A stretch of 64,000 bases of DNA from contig RXIE01000127.1 in NCBI GenBank assembly GCA_004212135.1, positions 1,565 through 65,564 on the forward strand, in the 5' to 3' direction. Within the stretch, counting starts at the first letter, position 1; every line of letters starts with the position of its first letter. This DNA comes from Candidatus Methanophagales archaeon ANME-1-THS (GTDB lineage: Archaea; Halobacteriota; Syntropharchaeia; Alkanophagales; Methanospirareceae). Below the pieces are notes generated by a model. The model searched no databases and was not told the DNA's origin. It saw only the letters and a list, made by a program, of their open reading frames with translations. A program made the position numbers and the translations under genes. Shown here one piece after another: positions 52,831 to 61,630 of the stretch.

Positions 52831-52860
52831 AGAATTTAGAAGAGGGATGACTTGAAGAGA

Positions 52861-54459
52861 ATGGTGGATAGTAAGATCGTTGAGGATGAGGAACTGGTGG
52901 CTATAAAATCACGGGAAATAACACCGGTTCTCAGAGATTACCCCGCACGCACGCACCAAATTGCAGAAATGCCCGATACGGAAAATGGGTTGGGGGAAGA
53001 AGACCTGAAGAGATTGAGGTTAGATTGGTTACTTACCGATCCTCGTGCCCCTGATTTGTATTCCTGCATTCAATGCGGTGCGTGCACGGGCATTTGCCCC
53101 GCGGCATCAGTGGACAAGAGATACAATCCGAGAAGATTGGTCGAGTGCCTTATCTCGGGATGGGATATAGAAGATTATCCTTTAGAAAAGTGCTTTTCGT
53201 GCTATACCTGTAAATACGCATGCAGAGAAGGAAATTGTGTGGCTGATATAATTAAGATCTTGAAGGAGAACGAATGGAAGGGGTTAAACGTAAATCGGGA
53301 AAGATGCAGGGAGGAGTTATACTGCAAATCCCTTTACGAGCGAGGTTTATGTGTCACCTTTGATGCTCTTTCTCCCGATAAGATTCCGGAATGGGGCTCT
53401 TCATGGAAGAGGATCTACTCAAATATGCAAAAATTCAGATTGGAGCTTGGTCTTGAAGTGCATTGTCGAAAGATACCTCAACAATCGCTTGATGAGATAC
53501 GAGAGATTGTGGATAGAACAGCGAATACAAAATTCAGAAAAGAAGGTATGGTCGAGGAAGTGACGAAAAGAATTCCTGATAATAAAATTTATCTGTTCCA
53601 TAGTTGTTTCGCGGACGCACACTATCCAGGTATTACCGAGAGTATAAAATACCTATTTGACAGGCTCGGCATTGACTACCTCGATGATCCCCGGCACTCG
53701 TCGTGCACCGGCTTTGGGTATTATGTGAATGAAATACCGCTTTCCACAACGCTTGCGATAAATGCAAGGAATTTCGCTCTGGCAGAAGAGACGGGCTATC
53801 TAAATATAGCACCGATTTGTCAAACAAGTTACGGGGTGCTTACGGAGTCGGCGAGGATTTTGAGGAGCGGCATAAGAAGGCGGATAAATGAAGAGGTCTT
53901 GAGCAAAGTGAACAGGAGATACGAAGGTGAGGTCAATATAGCCCATATTTCAGAAGTACTATGGGCTCACAGAGAGAGAATAAAAGAGAAAGTAAAGCAC
54001 AGCTTTAACGGCCTAAGAGTTGCCACACACAACGGGTGCCACTATGCGAAGATGTTCAGAAAATCCGCTATGCTTAATTTATTGGACGAACTCGTATCCG
54101 TTACCGGTGCGGAACCTTTGGATTATGTGGAGCTTTGTAATCGTCTGCGTATGGGTTTTGATCATACGGTAGAACCCGAAAGAAGATACCTTACCCGGAT
54201 AATTGCCCGAAGAAAGCTTCTATCCGCTAAAGAGGCGGGTGCTGATCTCGTTCTTGTTGCCTGTCCCGGGTGCCAAATAACACTCGATAGAAATCAAGAA
54301 CGTATTGAAAAGGAAAGTGATGTGGAACTCGGTCTGCCTATCATTAACCATGCCCAGTTTATCGCCTTAGCACTGGGTGCAGACCCCTACAAAGTTGTAG
54401 GAATACAAACGCATTCAAACTCTCTCGAACGCATCTTAGAAGAGTTCGACATTCTTTAA
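52861..54459 (+). CDS. HdrD-like Fe-S oxidoreductase (HdrC-like 2x[4Fe-4S] module fused to a divergent HdrB-like cysteine-rich domain)
   Basis: CIQCGACTGICP and CFSCYTCKYAC ferredoxin motifs, then Cys-rich segments (…HSCFADAHYPG…SSCTGFG…NGCHYAK…ACPGCQ). Confidence 0.55.
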   Translation: MVDSKIVEDEELVAIKSREITPVLRDYPARTHQIAEMPDTENGLGEEDLKRLRLDWLLTDPRAPDLYSCIQCGACTGICPAASVDKRYNPRRLVECLISGWDIEDYPLEKCFSCYTCKYACREGNCVADIIKILKENEWKGLNVNRERCREELYCKSLYERGLCVTFDALSPDKIPEWGSSWKRIYSNMQKFRLELGLEVHCRKIPQQSLDEIREIVDRTANTKFRKEGMVEEVTKRIPDNKIYLFHSCFADAHYPGITESIKYLFDRLGIDYLDDPRHSSCTGFGYYVNEIPLSTTLAINARNFALAEETGYLNIAPICQTSYGVLTESARILRSGIRRRINEEVLSKVNRRYEGEVNIAHISEVLWAHRERIKEKVKHSFNGLRVATHNGCHYAKMFRKSAMLNLLDELVSVTGAEPLDYVELCNRLRMGFDHTVEPERRYLTRIIARRKLLSAKEAGADLVLVACPGCQITLDRNQERIEKESDVELGLPIINHAQFIALALGADPYKVVGIQTHSNSLERILEEFDIL

Positions 54460-54471
54460 TAAACGAGAAAG

Positions 54472-55725
54472 ATGGAGAAGAGAAGGACGATCGCGGAGAT
54501 AAATGCGAAACTAGAAAACGGCGAAGGGGTGATTATGACCGCCGAGGAGCTTTGTAATCGTCTGCGGAGTGGTGAGGATATCAGATTTGAGGATGTGGAT
54601 GTCGTCACCTCGGCGACTTGCGGCGTGATGAGTGGAACGTATGCCATTCTTTCGTTCCAAGTTGCTGAACGAGAAGCGTTCGAGCGAGCAACAACGATTT
54701 TACTGAACGGTGTGCCCGGATTCGTGGGTCCGTGCCCGAACGAGCGGCTCGGGGTTGTTGATCTACTTGTGTATGGCACGTCTCACGCGAATGAGCGCTA
54801 TGGGGGCGGGCACCTCTTCAGGGATTTGGTCGCGCAGAAAGAGATAGAAGTGGCAGTTGGAACTGTTGAAGGACGGAGTATTAAAACCACAACGTCTCTT
54901 GAGGAGATCCCTGTTGCGAGATTGTGCAGTACGAGGAACGCATTTAAGAATTACTATGCATTTGTGAATGCCCATGAGAATGCGGTGAGTTCGATATTCG
55001 GAGTGGACAGGTTTAAAGGACCCTTCAAGGAACTGACGTTCTCGGGCTGTGGTGAGTTGAATCCATTAGAAAAAGACCCCTTCAGGGAGACAATTGGCAT
55101 TGGTACGAAGATCTTGATGAACGGGGCGGTGGGTTTTGTGATCGGAGAAGGCACCCGAAGTTCACCAGAAAAGCCAAATTTGATGGGTATTGCGGATATG
55201 CACGGGATGTTTCCTGAGTTTCTCGGCGGCTTTCGGACCGCTGCTGGCCCCGAGGTCTTTTATTCCTGGGCAGTCCCTATTCCAATAGTGAACGAGCACG
55301 TGCTTGAGAACGCAGGGAAGCGGGATGAAGAGATAAGGCTTGGAGTCCTTGATATCCATAATAGGCTCCCGGTCGGTGAAATAACCTATGCGGATGTCTG
55401 GCATGACTTTTCCGTACGGTTTGATCGCTCTGCGTGTCTCGAATGTGATGAGTGTCAGGTTGCCAGCTCGTGCCCTGCCGATGCGTTTGATGGAGAGGCT
55501 AAGGAGGTGCATGAGGATTTCTGTTGCAACTGTGGCACCTGTGTGCAGGTCTGCAAGGGTGGTGCATTCAGTTGTAATCTCGGTGTTGTCCATCTTTCGG
55601 GACGAGAGATCCCTGTAACACTGCGTCAATCAGACAGGAAAAAGGCAGTAAAGCTGGCAGAAATGCTGAAGAGCAAGATTCTGGATGGTGAGTTTGTACT
55701 CGCAGAGCCTGTAAGCAGGCTTTAA
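54472..55725 (+). CDS. DUF39/COG1900-family sulfur-incorporation protein fused to a C-terminal 2x[4Fe-4S] ferredoxin domain (putative coenzyme M synthase or homocysteine-type sulfurtransferase)
   Basis: VDVVTSATCGVMSG-type DUF39 core. C-terminal CLECDECQVASSCP…CCNCGTCVQVCK. Immediately upstream of cysteate synthase and comDE. Confidence 0.55.
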   Translation: MEKRRTIAEINAKLENGEGVIMTAEELCNRLRSGEDIRFEDVDVVTSATCGVMSGTYAILSFQVAEREAFERATTILLNGVPGFVGPCPNERLGVVDLLVYGTSHANERYGGGHLFRDLVAQKEIEVAVGTVEGRSIKTTTSLEEIPVARLCSTRNAFKNYYAFVNAHENAVSSIFGVDRFKGPFKELTFSGCGELNPLEKDPFRETIGIGTKILMNGAVGFVIGEGTRSSPEKPNLMGIADMHGMFPEFLGGFRTAAGPEVFYSWAVPIPIVNEHVLENAGKRDEEIRLGVLDIHNRLPVGEITYADVWHDFSVRFDRSACLECDECQVASSCPADAFDGEAKEVHEDFCCNCGTCVQVCKGGAFSCNLGVVHLSGREIPVTLRQSDRKKAVKLAEMLKSKILDGEFVLAEPVSRL

Positions 55726-55751
55726 TCCTTGAAGGTGATGGAAGAAGCACG

Positions 55752-57098
55752 ATGAACGAGGCAAAGTATCACCTGGAATGTTTGGAATGCAGGCACGTAA
55801 TCGCCGACAGCTATACCAATACCTGCCCTGAAGGTCATGATTCGTTATTAAGAACGGTTTATAAGAGCAAGAGGATAAGGAAACGTTCGGGGCAAGGGAT
55901 GTTCAACTATATCGATTGGCTCCCGGTAGAAGCAACAGTGCCCGTAAACACGAATCCGATTACCTACAAAAGCGAGGAATTGGGAAAAGAATTAGGATTG
56001 GAAAATTTGTATGTCAGTTTCAGTGGTTACTGGCCCGAGAAGGGTGTGTTTATGAAGACCTGTACCTTCAAGGAGTTAGAAGCGCTCCCTACCCTCCTGC
56101 GTGCACACGAGCGGGCAGGTGAGAAGATCCTGGTCGTGGCATCTGCAGGAAATACCTCACGCGCATTCGCAGAGTTCTCCGCCATGACCGGTATGCCGGT
56201 GGTGACCATCGTGCCACACAGGTATACCCACCGGATGTGGACCACGACGGAAGATCACGAGAGCATCTTCCTCATCGCGGTGGATGGCGATTATTCAGAT
56301 GCAAGTGCGGCGAGCAAGGAGATAGTGAATAAACCCTTACAGGGTTTTCGGGGTCAACGGGGCGGAGCCCCGTTAATGGCGGGGTTAATAGAAGAAGGAG
56401 GGGTAAGAAATGTGGCTCGAAGGGATGGAATGGGCGTTGTGGAACTTGAAGCTGCATGGTGTATGAAGGCGTTGCCTGATTATTATGTGCAAGCGGTGGG
56501 CAGTGGCACGGGTGCGATTGCGGCATGGGAAGCGTTTATCCGGCTGATTGGTGATGGACGATTCGGTGAAAGGATGCCGAAGATTGTGATTGCACAGAAC
56601 CTCCCGTTTGCTCCCATGTTCAGTGCATGGCAGGATGGTCGAGCGGAGCTCATCGCGGCTAAAGACCTGAGCAATGCCGAAGCGGCAATAAAGGCGATGT
56701 ATGCCAATATTCTTTCTACCCGAAACCCGCCTTATAGCATCAAAGGGGGCGTCTATGAGATGCTGAGGAGTTCTCAAGGGACGATATACGGAATAACGAA
56801 CGACGAGGCGAGGGAAGCTGAGAAGCTCTTCGAGAGTGAGGAGGGGATAGATTTAGATCCCGCGGCATCAGTAGCAGTCGCTTCTTTGATGCACGCGGTT
56901 GACGAAGGCTTTGTGGAAAAAAAGGATAGAATTCTGTTGAATATCACGGGCGGCGGCTATAAGCGATTGAAGGAGGAGTGTGCACTGTACCACGTAGAAG
57001 CGCGAATGGAACTGCACTCACATGCGGTGGGTCAATTACCGGTCGATGAACTTGAAAGAGAGCTAAAGGAGTTCGTTACGGGTTTATACGTAGGGTAA
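55752..57098 (+). CDS. Cysteate synthase (threonine-synthase-like, PLP-dependent; coenzyme M biosynthesis from phosphoserine)
   Basis: N-terminal Zn-ribbon (CLECRHV…CPEGH) and a threonine-synthase fold (…VVASAGNTSRAF…GSGTGAIAAW…). Contains the 14-aa insert NKPLQGFRGQRGGA. Confidence 0.65.
   Translation: MNEAKYHLECLECRHVIADSYTNTCPEGHDSLLRTVYKSKRIRKRSGQGMFNYIDWLPVEATVPVNTNPITYKSEELGKELGLENLYVSFSGYWPEKGVFMKTCTFKELEALPTLLRAHERAGEKILVVASAGNTSRAFAEFSAMTGMPVVTIVPHRYTHRMWTTTEDHESIFLIAVDGDYSDASAASKEIVNKPLQGFRGQRGGAPLMAGLIEEGGVRNVARRDGMGVVELEAAWCMKALPDYYVQAVGSGTGAIAAWEAFIRLIGDGRFGERMPKIVIAQNLPFAPMFSAWQDGRAELIAAKDLSNAEAAIKAMYANILSTRNPPYSIKGGVYEMLRSSQGTIYGITNDEAREAEKLFESEEGIDLDPAASVAVASLMHAVDEGFVEKKDRILLNITGGGYKRLKEECALYHVEARMELHSHAVGQLPVDELERELKEFVTGLYVG
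56328..56369. repeat. 42-bp in-frame repeat copy 1 (aataaacccttacagggttttcggggtcaacggggcggagcc) inside cysteate synthase
   Basis: Identical 42-mer at 57876-57917 in comDE. Encodes NKPLQGFRGQRGGA in both. Contains a GGGGC-GGA-GCCCC hairpin. Confidence 0.7.
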
Positions 57099-57116
57099 AC
57101 ATGAGCTGAGGATACC

Positions 57117-58289
57117 ATGTATCAAACCGAGCGGGACGTGTTAGAACTCATAAAGAGAAATAACATAGAGGTTGTCTCAACGCTCCCGTGCGAGAAACTA
57201 AGTGCTCTGTTGCGGCTTGTCGCGGACGAACGAGCATTTTGTCATGTGGGTTTGAACCGTGAGGAGAATGGCGTTGGTATCTCCGCAGGTGTTTCGCTCG
57301 CGGGGGGAAGACCGCTCATGATCATCCAGAGCACGGGTTTAGGGAATTCACTCACTGCTCTGATGTCGCTCACCGTTACGTATGGGCTGCCGTTACCCAT
57401 CATCGCGAGCTGGCGTGGCGTTTACAAGGAGCAGATAGAGGCGCAGGTCCCGTTTGGAAAGGCGCTGCCCGGCGTTTTAGATGCATTGGGGCTGAACTAC
57501 ACGCTCATCGAGGACTCCTCACAAATCGGGTTAGTAGACGATGCTATCCAGGACGCCTTTGCTCATGAAAGACCGCATATAGCACTCATCTCGCCGAGAA
57601 CATGGGGAAGCGATGAGGTGAGTAAAGAAAACACCGGTCCGCACCGGAAGAGATCTTTCACCGTGACGTATGAAGGAGAATATCAGGAGCCGGAGATGCG
57701 AAGATACGATGCGATACGGATAATCACCGAATATCTGGATGAAGAAGCCGTGATTGCGAACATCGGTGTCCCAAGCAAGGAACTGTATGCCGCCCAAGAC
57801 CGCGCTTTAAATTTTTACATGCTCGGGAGTCTGGGTCAAGCGTCCTCTATTGGATTGGGCGTCGCATTGAAGACAAATAAACCCTTACAGGGTTTTCGGG
57901 GTCAACGGGGCGGAGCCTTGTTGAGAGAGACGGTAGTACTCGATGGGGATGGAAGCCTGCTGATGAGCGATATCTTGCCGGTGGTAGGGGAGCAGAAGCC
58001 GAAGAATCTTTCTATCATTTGCCTGGATAATGGCACATGGGGGAGCACCGGAGATCAGCCGGTAGCTTTTGCAGGAGATATCGCGCTGATGGCGATCGGT
58101 GCAGGCATGGAGAATACGATGAAGATATACAGGGAAGAAGAGCTGCGGCACGCCTTAGAAGGGTTATACGAGAAGGCGGGTCCGAGATTTCTCCAGGTCG
58201 TGATTAAACCAGGCAATGCACCCATACGGAACATACCTTTGAGCGCATCGCAGATAAAGCGACGATTCATGGCTGCGCTGCTTCCATAA
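57117..58289 (+). CDS. comDE: Sulfopyruvate decarboxylase, fused ComD-ComE (TPP-dependent)
   Basis: ComD-like N-half, then ComE-like C-half with …GSLGQASSIGLGVAL…VVLDGDGSLLM (TPP-binding GDG). Carries the same 14-aa insert exactly at the GLALx–VVLDGDG junction. Confidence 0.8.
   Translation: MYQTERDVLELIKRNNIEVVSTLPCEKLSALLRLVADERAFCHVGLNREENGVGISAGVSLAGGRPLMIIQSTGLGNSLTALMSLTVTYGLPLPIIASWRGVYKEQIEAQVPFGKALPGVLDALGLNYTLIEDSSQIGLVDDAIQDAFAHERPHIALISPRTWGSDEVSKENTGPHRKRSFTVTYEGEYQEPEMRRYDAIRIITEYLDEEAVIANIGVPSKELYAAQDRALNFYMLGSLGQASSIGLGVALKTNKPLQGFRGQRGGALLRETVVLDGDGSLLMSDILPVVGEQKPKNLSIICLDNGTWGSTGDQPVAFAGDIALMAIGAGMENTMKIYREEELRHALEGLYEKAGPRFLQVVIKPGNAPIRNIPLSASQIKRRFMAALLP
57876..57917. 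repeat. 42-bp in-frame repeat copy 2 inside comDE
   Basis: Identical to 56328-56369, in the same codon phase. Confidence 0.7.
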
Positions 58290-58347
58290 TGATACCTAGT
58301 TGTACACTGAAACCAGGAATTCTTCGGGTATATTTATACATTTGGGT

Positions 58348-58384
58348 AATTTAGTGCACAAAAAATAGAAATATTTAAATACCG
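58348..58384. promoter_or_regulatory. Conserved promoter-proximal motif copy B (aatttagtgcacaaaaaatagaaatatttaaataccg), upstream of the sulfonate-type ABC transporter operon
   Basis: Matches copy A at 52794-52830. Preceded by a TATA-like tatatttataca. Confidence 0.5.
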
Positions 58385-58446
58385 CAAGTTAATAGAATGA
58401 CACGGATACAACGAGTGGGTGATACAAAGTATGAGGAGGAGTTGAT

Positions 58447-59475
58447 ATGGAACGAAGAAGCAGAGCCAGTTTAGTAGCTCTTGGGGGATTCATTGTGGTG
58501 GTCGTGATCTTCTTAGGCTGTATAGAAGAAGAGCCAAAGATTACCAAGATAAATATGGGATATCAACCGAGCACGCACCAACTGGCAGCGATGGTTGCGG
58601 CTGAGAAGGGCTGGGGAGAAAGACCGTTGCGCACTTACGGCATCGAAGATGTTGAACTCCGTTTATTCCCTTCAGGACCGCCTGAGATGACTGCAATGAT
58701 TGCCGGAGATCTTGACATTGCCTACGTCGGGGCAGCACCACCTATCGCTGCGATGTATGAGGGCCTGGATGCCAAGATCGTGGCGGGCGTCAATGTAGCG
58801 GGATCTGCAATCGCTGTCCGCCCCGAACTCGTCGAGGCCTATGAACGTGACGGGGTAGGTTCATTGAAGGGAAAAACCATTGCCACCTATCCACCGGGTT
58901 CTATTCAGTATACCATCCTTTCTCAATGGCTCCTGGATAATACCATTGATCCTGCGAAGGATGTAGATATAAAAGCAATGGCGCCGAGCGATGCTGTTTC
59001 CGCTCTAGGAGCGAAGTCCGTCGATGCGGTCTTTCTCCCCAGCCCCCATCCTGAAATAATCGAAGCTGAGGGCACTGGAAAAATCGTTAAATGGTCAGGC
59101 GAGATCTGGCCAAACCACGCCTGCTGTTGCCTGGTTGCGAGTGAGAAGATGATTCGGGAACATCCGGATATTGTTACACAGCTCATAAAAACACACATCA
59201 ATGCGACCACGTATATAAACGAACATCCGGACGAAGCGGCGGAGATCTTCGCCAAGTGGCAGGGAGGAGATGTCGCAACAATAAAGCAGTCCATTAAGAT
59301 ATCGGATTCCCGCTGGATTCACGATCCGCATCTGCAAATCGAGAGTTCGCTCACGTATGCGCTTGATATCTACAAGCTTAACAGAGAGCGATACGAGGCA
59401 AAAGGCATAAAACCGCTCACCGAAGATGATATCTTTGATACCAGTTTCTACGATAAGATAACGGGCTACAAATGA
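58447..59475 (+). CDS. ABC transporter substrate-binding protein, NMT1/SsuA/TauA-like (sulfonate/nitrate/taurine family)
   Basis: Signal/TM, then …IAYVGAAPPIAAMYEGLDAKIVAG… typical of SsuA-type SBPs. Confidence 0.75.
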   Translation: MERRSRASLVALGGFIVVVVIFLGCIEEEPKITKINMGYQPSTHQLAAMVAAEKGWGERPLRTYGIEDVELRLFPSGPPEMTAMIAGDLDIAYVGAAPPIAAMYEGLDAKIVAGVNVAGSAIAVRPELVEAYERDGVGSLKGKTIATYPPGSIQYTILSQWLLDNTIDPAKDVDIKAMAPSDAVSALGAKSVDAVFLPSPHPEIIEAEGTGKIVKWSGEIWPNHACCCLVASEKMIREHPDIVTQLIKTHINATTYINEHPDEAAEIFAKWQGGDVATIKQSIKISDSRWIHDPHLQIESSLTYALDIYKLNRERYEAKGIKPLTEDDIFDTSFYDKITGYK

Positions 59476-60251
59476 AGCTACCGGCTGCGGTACGAGATAA
59501 AGGAATCGTCTTAGTGCCTCTGCTCACCACCATTATTCTCTGGGAGGTCCTGGCGAGATATGTGGTCAAGAACCCCGCCTTCTTGCCAAGATTCTCAGAG
59601 GTTATTTTTGCATTTTATCTGCTTCGAGAGCGTATAATCCCTGATATACTGGTCAGTCTCCTCCATTTTGGTATTGGCCTGCTGCTAGCATTTTCCCTCG
59701 CACTTCCGCTCGCAATTGCTATGGGCTGGTTCAAGACGATATTCAGAGCTCTGGATCCGCTTATCGAGATCCTGAGACCGATACCTCCGCTTGCATGGAT
59801 ACCGCTCGCCATTGTCTGGTTTCACCTGACCCACTATGCGGCTGGCTTTATTATCTTCCTCGGTGCATTCTTTCCGATTCTGATTGACAGTTATACCGGG
59901 TTCAGGAACGTGCCGCGGGTGTTAGTCGAAACAGGCAAGGTATTGGGCTGCATTGGCGATAAAAAGCTGATACGATACGTTGCGTTTCCCTTTGCGCTTC
60001 CCTCGATTGCGACGGGCACTCGTGTGGGCATGGGAGTTGGGTGGATGTGTGTGGTCGCGGCGGAGATGTTCGGGGTGAGTAGAAATGGGCTGGGTTACCG
60101 GCTCTTCAACGAGTTTTACTACTGGAAGCAGATGGATTATGTCATTGCCTACATGCTTATTTTAGGATTGATCTCTCTGCTTCTGGACCGCATGTTCAGG
60201 CATTATATAGAGGAGAACCTATTTAGATGGAGGAAGGGGATAGTCAAATAG
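59472..60251 (+). CDS. ABC transporter permease (SsuC/TauC-like)
   Basis: 6-TM permease. Overlaps the SBP stop. Confidence 0.8.
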   Translation: MKLPAAVRDKGIVLVPLLTTIILWEVLARYVVKNPAFLPRFSEVIFAFYLLRERIIPDILVSLLHFGIGLLLAFSLALPLAIAMGWFKTIFRALDPLIEILRPIPPLAWIPLAIVWFHLTHYAAGFIIFLGAFFPILIDSYTGFRNVPRVLVETGKVLGCIGDKKLIRYVAFPFALPSIATGTRVGMGVGWMCVVAAEMFGVSRNGLGYRLFNEFYYWKQMDYVIAYMLILGLISLLLDRMFRHYIEENLFRWRKGIVK

Positions 60252-60252
60252 C

Positions 60253-61011
60253 ATGAACCACAAGCTCACGCTTCGCAATGTCTCGAAGACGTATAATTCG
60301 GAGGAAGGCGAGATAAAGGCAGTGGAGCATATCAATCTCGAAGTCAAGCCGACCGAATTTTTATGCATCGTCGGTCCCTCGGGCTGTGGCAAAACGACCT
60401 TGCTCAGAATGGTAGCGGGGTTAGACTATCCAACCAGTGGCGAGATTATCTTAGATGGCGCGCACGTGAGCGGTCCTTCTCCGGACAGAGGGATGGTCTT
60501 CCAGGAATTCTCGTTATTCCCGTGGAGAACCGTCTTGAAGAATGTGGAATTTGGACTGGAGATCCGCGGGGTGCAGGAGAGACGAAGAATCGCAGAGCAG
60601 TACCTGGAGCTTGTCGGTCTCCTGGACTTTAAAAATTGTTACCCGCAGGAACTTTCAGGCGGCATGAAGCAGCGAGTAGCGATCGCACGAGCGCTTGCCA
60701 CCAACCCTTCTGTGTTATTAATGGATGAACCATTTGGCTCGGTGGATGCGCAGACGAGGAATGTGCTGCAAGAAGAGCTGCTGAGAATCTGGGAGAGAAC
60801 CGAGAAGACCATTATGTTCGTGACCCATAGCGTTGATGAAGCGGTATACCTCGCGGATCGAGTTGCGGTGATGTCCGCACGACCCGGTCGAATCATCCAG
60901 TGCATGAAGATTGACATACCACGACCCCGAAAGCGAACGAGCGTAGAGACAAATGTGATTCGAGAGAAGCTCCTTACCCTCCTGGTTTCACAGTACCCAC
61001 GAATAGGCTGA
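60253..61011 (+). CDS. ABC transporter ATP-binding protein (SsuB/TauB-like)
   Basis: [25 protein letters not shown] motifs. Confidence 0.85.
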   Translation: MNHKLTLRNVSKTYNSEEGEIKAVEHINLEVKPTEFLCIVGPSGCGKTTLLRMVAGLDYPTSGEIILDGAHVSGPSPDRGMVFQEFSLFPWRTVLKNVEFGLEIRGVQERRRIAEQYLELVGLLDFKNCYPQELSGGMKQRVAIARALATNPSVLLMDEPFGSVDAQTRNVLQEELLRIWERTEKTIMFVTHSVDEAVYLADRVAVMSARPGRIIQCMKIDIPRPRKRTSVETNVIREKLLTLLVSQYPRIG

Positions 61012-61030
61012 GGTATCAATGGCTTATGCT

Positions 61031-61352
61031 TTAAAATACCGTTGGTATAAATCTAAATCTCCATGGTACTCGCCTCATATGTTCTTCATATTCTTTTCCA
61101 AATCTCTCTTTCATTACCTCCTCCTCCTCTCTAATTGCCGTTAATATGGTAAGTATAACAAAAATAATGACTGGAATTAAAATCCACACGATTCCCCACA
61201 TAAATGCAAATCCGAAGTACAGAAGAATTAAACCAGGGTATAATGGGTGTCGCATCTTTGAATAATTCGCCTCAGTTATTAGTTTCTTAATTTTCTCAGA
61301 TTCCTGATGTGCTTCTTTATGGATTTTATGGGAATATTCATGAATGATTAAT
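61031..61352 (-). pseudogene. C-terminal fragment of an isoprenylcysteine carboxyl methyltransferase (ICMT)/phospholipid methyltransferase-family membrane protein
   Basis: …YSKMRHPLYPGLILLYFG…EEEVMKERFGKEYEEHMRRVPWRF. Only about 100 C-terminal residues are in frame after a TGA. No N-terminal TM region or start codon. AT-rich context. Confidence 0.4.
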
Positions 61353-61630
61353 CCTCATAGAGGTGTTTATCCAGCAGACTATTCTTTCTCATATTCAAAT
61401 CACTTCATTATCAATTGGCTTCGGGTGATTTCGGACAACTTCGGTATATACGACATCAATCGTATATTTTCCCAAATTGGAATGACATCCGAAACTTACT
61501 TCGTATATACCTCCCTTTAGCTGATTATTACTCTTCATCTCCTTCAATCCCATCTCTAAATCTACGCGATTTCCAGTCGTGATTTTTCCAATCGAAGTTA
61601 AAAAGTTACTCTCTCCACGCCTCGCGCCAC

